Origin: Pirellulales bacterium
GTDB lineage: Bacteria > Planctomycetota > Planctomycetia > Pirellulales > PALSA-1355
Direction: 5' to 3'
Length of the DNA: 64,000 nt
NCBI GenBank assembly: GCA_963733035.1
Contig: CAVTBU010000005.1
Location: 2,304,001 to 2,368,000, forward strand
Position 1 is the stretch's first letter; each line of letters starts with the position of its first letter. The notes under the pieces were generated by a model, which worked only from the letters and a program-made list of their open reading frames with translations, ran no database searches and was not told the DNA's origin. Of the stretch, positions 9,956 through 17,667 are shown in pieces. The translations under genes and the position numbers were made by a program.

Positions 9956-10987
9956 ATGAGACTTAGCAAACGACGAGCGGGCATGGCAGTGATCGCGATC
10001 ATTGGATGTGTGGTGACGCTGCCCGCACCGCCGGCCCGGGCGCTGACGATCACCGTGAACTACGAGGGGACCGTTCCGGCGGCCGCGAAGACCGCCTTTA
10101 ATACGGTCAAGTCGCTTTACGAGCATACGTTCGTCAACCCGATCGATGTCAAAATCGACGTTCGCTTCGGCACGGTAGCCCTGGGCGCGACGAGCAGCAA
10201 CTTCATCTCCATGTCGTACGCGGATTGGAAGACCGACATGAGCAACACGTCGGCCCTGTATCCGTTGAACACCTATCTGAACACCGCCAAGGGGACGCTG
10301 CCCGCGAACGATCCGATCGGCCTCGGCACCGGCAATGGAGTTGTGTATGTCCGGGCGGCCAATGCCAAGGCCATCGGCGTGACGGCAGGCCAGACGACTG
10401 GCACGTTTCCCAACTCCATCAACGGCGCCTATGACGCGGTGCTCACATTCACGGACGCGGCCAACACGTTCGAATACAACGGCGTGGGAGTCGCCGACAA
10501 ATACGATTTCATGGACGCTGCCTCGCACGAGCTCAACGAAGCGCTGGGCAGCGGATCGCAGTTGACTAATATCGCCAACAATGCGGTGCTGGGGGCCAAC
10601 ACGGCATTTGAACCGGAAGATTACTTCCGCTATGACGCCTCCGGCAGCCGCTCGATCACGACCGATCCGAACGCAGCCGTCTATTTCACTTACGATCCGT
10701 CGCTGGCGGTTTATCTCGACCGGTTCAATCAAGATAACAACAAGGGGGACCGTAACGACTGGATCTGGGGGAATTTTGGAGTGCCGGCGTCAACCATCGA
10801 AGTGCAAAGCGCGGTCATGTGGCAAAACCAAATCGCCCCCTTGCTCAGTCCCAGCCCGGCCACGCCCGAGTTCGTCGTGCTGAGCACGCTGGGCTACTCG
10901 GTCCCCGAGCCCTCGACCTACGCACTGGCATTCTGCGGCCTCGCCTCTCTCGCGCTGGCTCGACGGTGGACGAGAGGGAGGAACTAA
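9956..10987 (+). CDS. PEP-CTERM secreted zincin-like protein (NF038122-like)
   Basis: Signal peptide; RAANAKAIG, YDF...ASHELNEALG and DYFRY motifs; C-terminal VPEPST + TM + RR. The stop codon lies in an A arm. Confidence 0.8.
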   Translation: MRLSKRRAGMAVIAIIGCVVTLPAPPARALTITVNYEGTVPAAAKTAFNTVKSLYEHTFVNPIDVKIDVRFGTVALGATSSNFISMSYADWKTDMSNTSALYPLNTYLNTAKGTLPANDPIGLGTGNGVVYVRAANAKAIGVTAGQTTGTFPNSINGAYDAVLTFTDAANTFEYNGVGVADKYDFMDAASHELNEALGSGSQLTNIANNAVLGANTAFEPEDYFRYDASGSRSITTDPNAAVYFTYDPSLAVYLDRFNQDNNKGDRNDWIWGNFGVPASTIEVQSAVMWQNQIAPLLSPSPATPEFVVLSTLGYSVPEPSTYALAFCGLASLALARRWTRGRN

Positions 10988-11013
10988 AGGGTACGAGAAG
11001 ACGCAAACCTTGA
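10985..11013 (+). repeat. Two-armed junction site (A|B)
   Basis: TAAAGGGTACGA-GAAGA-CGCAAACCTTGA. Confidence 0.65.
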
Positions 11014-11019
11014 CGTTGG

Positions 11020-11218
11020 TGACTCGACTCTGAGGCCAATCATTGCTTCGCACGCCAGGAGTGCGGTTTCCGCACCCTGATCGCGGCCAAGCAGGGCCGT
11101 CCGACGGACAAGCCCGCGCGGCACCGATATCGACGGCTGATGCTGCCGAAATCTCCGCTTGATGGCGCTGACGCGTAACGTCATGATCCTGTTGCGCGGG
11201 GAGATTTTCTACTGAGCC
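11020..11218 (+). mobile_element. IS (DDE, IS4/IS5-like) 3' remnant with right IR
   Basis: Encodes DSEANHCFARQECG...GRPTDKPAR and LRLMALTRNVMILLR. Ends ATTTTCTACTGAGCC. Homologous to 14350-14646. Confidence 0.65.
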
Positions 11219-11246
11219 GCCCGTAAGCTATTTTCGACTGTGTGCC

Positions 11247-12041
11247 ATGCGCAAGCTTTTTCATCGAAGACGTCGCCCGTTGCTGTGCGCTTCCGTCGGC
11301 AGACGGACAATTTGCGAAATCAACCAAGCCCCCCACAAGGAATGGCCAATTGTTGAGTTTTCACAATTGAGCCCCGTGCTTCAACTTCTGGACGCGGACG
11401 GTAAAGCATACTGCCACGACCTGACGTCCATTGTGCAAGAGGGCATACGATGGGGCTATTTTTCGATCACAATCGGCAAAGGATTGACCTGCCAGGCCGA
11501 CGCAATATTGATGAAAAAGGAAGGTGACGCGCCAGAAGCATTCGCGGCGGGCAGGGCGGACGGTTTGAGGCTGCAACCGTTCTATCTACCAGGCTGTCAC
11601 AGCCGGCCTTCTGAGCTAGTTGGACGTGGCCTGTTTTTTCGCGGACTTCACTATAGCGGCACGGTTACACCCGGAAATGTCTCGCTGTCCTGTATTTGCG
11701 ATGTGTGCGACGCAGCTTTCGGGTGCAATCGTTCCACACAGGCTTCAGTGGATCGTCATATTTTTATTGCAGCAACGGACCGCATACGCTTGAGGTCAGC
11801 GCGACACACCGAGGGTGCTCCGCCCGCCTCAGGCAAGGCGGATCCTGAGAGCTTGGCCGCGCTTGAGACACGGTTACCTGCCTGCTCCCATTGCGGAGGC
11901 ACCTTCGCATATCTCAACTCTTTTCGTTGTCCGCATTGCGCCGCACCATACATCGACTTCGGGAGATTCCCATCCGAGCGGGAAATCGAGTACTACGGCA
12001 ACTACCTATACGGAGAGGAGTTGCAAAGATTCAGGCCGTAG
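11247..12041 (+). CDS. Hypothetical protein with CxxC Zn-ribbon motifs (possibly frameshift-damaged)
   Basis: CICDVC, CSHCGG and RCPHC motifs; lower GC than the core genome. Confidence 0.55.
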   Translation: MRKLFHRRRRPLLCASVGRRTICEINQAPHKEWPIVEFSQLSPVLQLLDADGKAYCHDLTSIVQEGIRWGYFSITIGKGLTCQADAILMKKEGDAPEAFAAGRADGLRLQPFYLPGCHSRPSELVGRGLFFRGLHYSGTVTPGNVSLSCICDVCDAAFGCNRSTQASVDRHIFIAATDRIRLRSARHTEGAPPASGKADPESLAALETRLPACSHCGGTFAYLNSFRCPHCAAPYIDFGRFPSEREIEYYGNYLYGEELQRFRP

Positions 12042-12065
12042 TGAGCGATTAAAGGAGGGCTAACC

Positions 12066-12094
12066 TAAAGGGGACGCAATTCTCGTCCTCTTCA
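12066..12094. repeat. Two-armed junction site (A|A')
   Basis: TAAAGGGGACGC-AATTC-TCGTCCTCTTCA. The right arm (TGAAGAGGACGA on the minus strand) contains the lipase stop codon. Confidence 0.65.
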
Positions 12095-13396
12095 ATCCGC
12101 AGGTGCAGAAGCGGGCGTTTTCGTGGAGAGTTCCGTAAACCACTTGAGGGCTTTGGGGACGGCTTGCAGCACGGAGGCATTGTGCGCGTAGGGGCCGACG
12201 GAGATCGCCTGCACGTCGGCTCCGCGCTGCTGCATTTCGGCCGCGGCGCGCTGGGCTTCCTCGGGCAATACGTCCTCGTCTTCTTCGCCGTAATAGATGC
12301 GGACCGGGACCTGCGGGGTCCAATCGGCGACGCTGTTCGCGGCGAGCGCGTCGAGAAACCAGTGCGGTTGACCCTTGTCGTACGCTTCGAGCAGTTCCGG
12401 CGTGAACAGCTCGCGTGGATTCTTGGGAAGCGCCGCCGCGATGCGTTCGGTCTGATGAGCGCCGTCGAACAGGGTGGGAACCTCTTTGGCATAGGGCTCG
12501 ACCAAGATCGAATCGAGCGGATGACCGTACGCCTGGGCATAGGCATTGGCCAGGTACGCCAGGTAGAACGCGTGCGAAGGGCTACGGCCGGTCAGCGCTT
12601 GTGGAAAACTCACGTCGCGCAGGTAGAACGGTCCGGCAATCGGCGCGGAGGCGACGACGTACAGATCCGGATCGGCATTCTGCTGGAGCGCCCGTTGCAC
12701 GGCGAACGTGGCATGGCCCCCTTGCGAGAAGCCGAGCAAGAACAATGATTTCGGCCAGGGCCGCTGCAAGTGCGTGACCAGTTTCTGGGCGGCGCGCATT
12801 AAGTCGATCGACGTGGAAGCGGTGACGCCGGCGAGCATGTAGGGGTGACGATCTTGGCTTTCTCCGAGGCCGATGTAGTCGGGTGCAACAAGCAGGTGTC
12901 CCGTACCGGCGACGGCGGCGGCCAACACCAGTCCTTCGCCTGCCCCCGATTGAGAAGGGGCCGTCCGCCGTTCGGCATTGGTGCCGTGAAAGTACGCCAG
13001 GACGTCATGCGGCGCGCTGTCATTTGGAAGTGCCACCAGCCCGGAGGCCGCGACCGGCAAACCGTCGATGCCTGTCGTTTGATAGCGCAGGCGGTAGAGC
13101 GTGATCCCGTGTTGCACGGCGATCGGCTCGGGCAGGTCGACGGTATCGAGCAGATACTGCGTTGCGAAGCGCGGATACTTCCCGATCCGCGAGACCGATA
13201 CCAGGTCGCCCGGCTCGTCTCCGCGCAGCGATTCGGGAACCGAGACGGCGAAGGTGCCGACCGCCCGATGCATGGCGATGCCACCTGCCAGCGAGAGCGT
13301 GGCAAGGATCGCAAATACGACCAGCGCAAAGCGTCGCCATCGGCTCGCCTTAGGACGCACCGTTGGATCGGGCAGAGACGTGGGTTGGTCGGTCAT
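12092..13396 (-). CDS. Secretory lipase-like alpha/beta hydrolase
   Basis: N-terminal TM; HGT, APDYIGLG and GFSQGG nucleophile elbow; C-terminal Asp/His. Confidence 0.85.
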   Translation of the reverse strand: MTDQPTSLPDPTVRPKASRWRRFALVVFAILATLSLAGGIAMHRAVGTFAVSVPESLRGDEPGDLVSVSRIGKYPRFATQYLLDTVDLPEPIAVQHGITLYRLRYQTTGIDGLPVAASGLVALPNDSAPHDVLAYFHGTNAERRTAPSQSGAGEGLVLAAAVAGTGHLLVAPDYIGLGESQDRHPYMLAGVTASTSIDLMRAAQKLVTHLQRPWPKSLFLLGFSQGGHATFAVQRALQQNADPDLYVVASAPIAGPFYLRDVSFPQALTGRSPSHAFYLAYLANAYAQAYGHPLDSILVEPYAKEVPTLFDGAHQTERIAAALPKNPRELFTPELLEAYDKGQPHWFLDALAANSVADWTPQVPVRIYYGEEDEDVLPEEAQRAAAEMQQRGADVQAISVGPYAHNASVLQAVPKALKWFTELSTKTPASAPAD

Positions 13397-13421
13397 GGCG
13401 TTGGCTCCACGAGGTACACGA

Positions 13422-13457
13422 GAGGTATCTAAAGGGGGAGGTATCTAAAGGGGACGC
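13422..13457 (+). repeat. A arm with perfect 16-bp tandem duplication
   Basis: GAGGTATCTAAAGGGG x2, then ACGC. Confidence 0.75.
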
Positions 13458-13629
13458 AAAGGCTCTGAAGAAAACTGCTCTGCTGTCTTAAGCTGCTAGC
13501 TCGGTTGGGTGCGTAGTGGGTTTGTGGCGCGCACCAGCAAATCTCCGAAGGCGGTGGCGCGGGCGGCGCTTGTGGCCGCTCAGCGGGTACTGCCGTTCTA
13601 CACGCATCCCAACAGCCCAAAGAAGAAGA

Positions 13630-13830
13630 AAAGGTGCCAGGAACCTATTTCTGGCTTTCTGGGGGTCAGACCAACGCGGGCGCGCCACGATGGCTCGCCC
13701 AGGGGGCTGCCGCGCTGCACACTGCGGCGAATCGCTTCCAACTCCGCGTCGCTTTGCGGGGCGTTGACCCAAGCGGTCCGGCCACGCCGTCGCGGCAGCG
13801 GGCAGACCGCCAGCAACGACTTGTCCTCGG
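13630..13830 (-). pseudogene. C-terminal fragment of a second Y1/HUH (RAYT-like) transposase
   Basis: WVNAPQSDAELEAIRRSVQRGSPLGEPSW resembles the C-terminus of this clade; followed by GGTTCCTGGCACCTTTT. Confidence 0.55.
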
Positions 13831-13863
13831 GCGATCCCCGCCCAGCAGTATGACCATTTTGCT

Positions 13864-14211
13864 TTACGTGGGCGCACCACTGTCCGTCTGCCTTGGAGGA
13901 TGTAAGGGCAGCTTTGTCTGTGGAATATCCCTGTCAAGCCAGTGGCGCAGCTTGGCATAGAATTCGCCCGAGGTTTCACCGTCTCCTCGTTTGCAAGCTC
14001 CGAACGATTTGCATCGACGTTTGATTTCGGCGGCTCCTTCGGGAGTTCGTTCCAATTTGGCAACAAAGTCGAGCAATTGGGTCAGCTTGTCCTCGATAAG
14101 TTCGCTATCGAGCAGCTTCTCTTGCGGACTTTTATATTGGAAGGTCTTCTCGTGGCCTGCACGATTTGCCCTTCGGCTGCGGTCCACATTCGTTCTCCGT
14201 TGGTATTCCAA
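13864..14211 (-). CDS. Hypothetical protein
   Basis: 115-aa ORF with protein-like composition in a lower-GC insert. The start is uncertain. Confidence 0.45.
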   Translation of the reverse strand: MEYQRRTNVDRSRRANRAGHEKTFQYKSPQEKLLDSELIEDKLTQLLDFVAKLERTPEGAAEIKRRCKSFGACKRGDGETSGEFYAKLRHWLDRDIPQTKLPLHPPRQTDSGAPT

Positions 14212-14672
14212 ATTCCTGCTGATGACATCATAGCAGTTTATGCGCCGTCAAAGTTTGCTTCGTGAACTCGAGTCCCAGCTTTGTTGGTGCTGGGAGCGGT
14301 TTGTACTGCGGCAGTCATTAGAGGCGTACGCGAACCTTTTTCGTGCATGATTCGGGGGCCATTGCTTCGCGCGCAGGAGTGCGGCGTCCGCAGGCTGGTC
14401 GCGACCACGTATTGTCGCCCGACGGACAAGCCCGCGCGAGAACACCATCGGCAGATGCAAACGCGTATCACGAAAGGAAGTACCACCGCCGCGGCCAAGT
14501 GCAAACGGCGAACTCAACGATCAAACGCCACCAAGGCGATTACGCCCCGAGCCGAACCGTCCAAGCCCAATGCCGAGATCTCCGCTTGATGGCGCTAAAG
14601 CACCAGGCCATGATTCTGTTGCGCGTGAACGTTTTCTAACTGAGCCCGACGCGAACCTTTGTCTCCCACTTG

Positions 14673-14702
14673 AAAAGGTTTGCGTCAGTTGCGTCCCCTT
14701 TA
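14673..14702 (-). repeat. Two-armed junction site (A|B) with adjacent tandem duplication
   Basis: Minus strand GGATTAAATAAAG x2, then TAAAGGGGACGC-AACTGA-CGCAAACCTTTT. Confidence 0.75.
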
Positions 14703-14712
14703 TTTAATCCCT

Positions 14713-15546
14713 TTATTTAATCCGACGCCGCTGCCGAAGCGTGGTGACCACCATGGCCAGCACGGCGGCTTGTGCCAACAGCCAGCCGCTGGCGGGCTCC
14801 GGTACCAGAAACGGGTCGAGAGAAAAGTTGTCGACGGCGTGGGCCCCGTTGCCCGTAACAACAAAGCCGGGATACAGCGAGGCGTCGGCCGCGAAGCCTT
14901 GCGTGTCGGGCGTTTGCGTTACGTGCTTGAAAACTGTGCCGAGGAAGTTCAAACCATCCAGGCCGTAATCGTCGATCCGGACACCGTATTGGATCTGTCC
15001 GCCGAGATTCGTGAAGGCGACTTGAAAATCGTACCAGTGATCGGCACGGATCGTTCCCTTGGTGAAGTTGAACGTAAAGCCCGGAAACGAACCTCCGCCG
15101 GCTTGGAGCGTTCCGCCTTCGATCCGATCGACGCTCGAAGTTGATTCGAGCGAGACAAACAGATGCGCGTCGTAGTTGCCGAACTCGCTCGCCGTATGCA
15201 CCAGATAGGTTTCGTGATAGGTGCCGAAGAAGCCGGGCATCAGTCCCGACAAGTCCCCCGCGTGAAAGAACTGCGAGATGTAGATCGTATCGCCGGGATG
15301 ATTGAACGCCCGCGAGGAAGTCAGCGTGCTTGCGTGCGCCGTGCTCGTCACAAGCGATCCCGAGGGACCGATGCCGTAGCCCGGGCTCCAGGCAATCGGC
15401 GAGTACGAGCCATAATTCTGCCGCGAAAAGTAGAACAAGTCGGTCGAGCTGTTGTAGTCGATCGTCGTTGCCTGGCAGGTTCGCCCGGCAGCCACAAAAA
15501 GTGGGATCACCGTCGTCGCGGCAACCAATACCGACAGTGCACGCAT
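14713..15546 (-). CDS. PEP-CTERM secreted protein
   Basis: Signal peptide MRALSVLVAA...; C-terminal VPEPAS + TM + RQRRR. Confidence 0.8.
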   Translation of the reverse strand: MRALSVLVAATTVIPLFVAAGRTCQATTIDYNSSTDLFYFSRQNYGSYSPIAWSPGYGIGPSGSLVTSTAHASTLTSSRAFNHPGDTIYISQFFHAGDLSGLMPGFFGTYHETYLVHTASEFGNYDAHLFVSLESTSSVDRIEGGTLQAGGGSFPGFTFNFTKGTIRADHWYDFQVAFTNLGGQIQYGVRIDDYGLDGLNFLGTVFKHVTQTPDTQGFAADASLYPGFVVTGNGAHAVDNFSLDPFLVPEPASGWLLAQAAVLAMVVTTLRQRRRIK

Positions 15547-15876
15547 GCGAAGTCCTCGACCGTTCGGATGAGTTGGCTCCCCGTACCCCGAGACGACATC
15601 CGCCACGCGACCAGCTTCTCACTACTTCGGGGTATATATAATGCCCCACATTATTGATGAGCGCTCGAAAAACGTCAAACAGATTCGACTTGCTCGCACG
15701 GAAATAGCTAGTTCTAAACTGCACATTAACGCGCTCCCGCTCGTGATCGTGGCGGCTGTGGAAAAGGGCGGCCGGTTCCAGCCACCTTCCATCGGTCGGG
15801 TGCTTTCGCCGCGGCGGCCCAAGCGGTTCAATGTTGGAAACGACCGCAGCCGCTGGACCGTGGGAGGACGCCCGAG

Positions 15877-16131
15877 ATGGACGAAATCAAGCGCATGCAA
15901 CACGGACTGCGCATGCTCGAAGCGCTCCGCGAATTGTTGCAGAGTGGCGACTTGAGCGCCGAGGAGTGCGATCGCGCCGAGCGGATTATCGAGTTCGACG
16001 AAAGCCTTCGGGCCCCCGGTGCCGGCGACGAGAAGATTCTGGGCGTCAGCATGAACTTGTTGAGCAACGCGCACTTCGACCTGATCGAAGCCTTCCTAGC
16101 AGAACACGGCGTGACCGTTCCCGCGGAATGA
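15877..16131 (+). CDS. Hypothetical small acidic protein
   Basis: GGAGG RBS; helical, protein-like composition. Confidence 0.5.
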   Translation: MDEIKRMQHGLRMLEALRELLQSGDLSAEECDRAERIIEFDESLRAPGAGDEKILGVSMNLLSNAHFDLIEAFLAEHGVTVPAE

Positions 16132-16152
16132 CCGCCACCGGCCGCCACACAT

Positions 16153-16184
16153 TAACCCGAAGCCCGCGCTCGCGCGTCGGGTTA
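16153..16184. terminator. Hairpin between convergent genes
   Basis: TAACCCGA...TCGGGTTA inverted repeat. Confidence 0.4.
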
Positions 16185-16218
16185 GTAGACGGCGGTCCAA
16201 CGACCGCGTTCGCCCGCT

Positions 16219-17654
16219 CTACGCAATCAGCTCTTTCACCACGCGGCCGTGGACGTCGGTGAGGCGGAAGTCGCGGCCGGCGTAGCGGTAGGTGAACTTC
16301 TCGTGGTCGAAGCCCATCAGGTGCAGGATCGTGGCGTGCAGGTCGTGCATGTGGACGCGGTTTTCGACGGCGGCGAAGCCGAACTCGTCGGTCGCGCCGT
16401 GCACGTAGCCGCCGCGGACGCCGCCGCCGGCCATCCACATCGTGTAACCGTGATGGTTGTGGTCGCGGCCGTTGATCTTGCCGGCATTCGCTCCCTTCTT
16501 CGGCAGCTCGACCGTCGGCGTGCGGCCAAACTCCCCGCCCCAGATGACCAGCGTTTCGTCGAGCAGCCCGCGGGCTTTGAGGTCTTTGAGCAGCGCGCCG
16601 ATGGCTTGGTCGCACTGCTGGGCCAGGCGGCGGTGATTCACTTCGATGTCGTCGTGGCTGTCCCAGGGTTGTCCTTGCCCGTGCCAGACCTGGACGAATC
16701 GCACGCCGCGCTCGACCAGCCGGCGGGCAATCAGGATCTGCCGCGCTTGCGTTCCTTCGCCATACATGTCGAGGATGTGCTGCGGTTCGCGGCTGACGTC
16801 AAACGCGTCGGTCGCTTCGCTCTGCATGCGGTAAGCCAGCTCGAACGACTGGATCCGCGATTCGAGCTGTTCATCGCCGCGGCGATCTTCCAGGTGCAGC
16901 GCGTTAAGCTGGCCGAGCAAGTCGAGCTGGCGGCGCTGCTGCTCGCGGCCGATGGCCTTGTTCTCGATGTTCTCGATCAGCCGGGCGATTTCCTGGTGCT
17001 TGGTGTCGATGTAGGTGCCCTGGAAGACGCCCGGAAGGAAGCCTGACTGCCAGTTCTGCGACTCTTGAATCGGATAGCCGCCGGGGCACATCGAGATGAA
17101 GCCGGGCAGGTTCTGGTTGTCGGTGCCCAGGCCATAGGTGAGCCAGCTCCCCATGCTGGGGCGGATTTGCCGCGGCTCGCCGCAGTTGGTGAGCAGCAGT
17201 TGCATCTCGTGGCTGGGCGCGTCGCCGTACATCGAACGGATCACGGCGATGTCGTCAATGCACGCGGCCGTGTGCGGGAAGATCTCGCTGACCTCGATCC
17301 CGCTTTCGCCGTACTTCTGGAACTTGTACGGAGAGGCGAAGGCCGCGCCGGTTTTGCGCTCGGTCTTGAGGTTGAACGGCAACTCCTGGCCGCTGCGTTT
17401 GGTGAGCTCGGGCTTGGGATCGAACGTGTCGACGTGCGAGGGTCCGCCGTTCATGAACAGGTGAATGATGTGCTTGGCCTTGGCCGGAAACTGCGGCATC
17501 CTGGCGCGAGCGGCCGGATCGAATCGGCCGCCGCCGGCGCGAGCAAGCCCTGGCCGCCCAGCAACTGGCCGAGTGCCAGCGAGCCGAAGCCGAGCCCGGT
17601 TCGACGGAGCAAGTCGCGGCGCGTCAGGCTGCAGGAGTGGTCGCTGGCGGTCAT
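16219..17654 (-). CDS. DUF1501 domain protein (frameshift near 17500)
   Basis: The Tat leader TRRDLLRR is in a different frame from the GGPSHVDTFDPK...GEFGRTP...GRDHN body. Confidence 0.85.
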
Positions 17655-17667
17655 GGGTGTTCTCCGG

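Larger units (their letters stand above)
13461..14646 (+). mobile_element. Disrupted IS (DDE, IS4/IS5-like) with internal replacement
   Basis: Left IR GGCTCTGAAGAAAAC and right IR GTTTTCTAACTGAGCC. Transposase N-terminus RTSKSPKAVARAAL...YTHPNSPKK (13529-13625) and C-terminus ...QCRDLRLMALKHQAMILLRVNVF (to 14639). Confidence 0.65.

Noticed and set aside
6242..14723. CRISPR array or classical integron
   Set aside because: Spacing is kb-scale and irregular, there are no cas or intI genes, and there are no attC-type RYYYAAC...GTTRRRY hairpins at the junctions.
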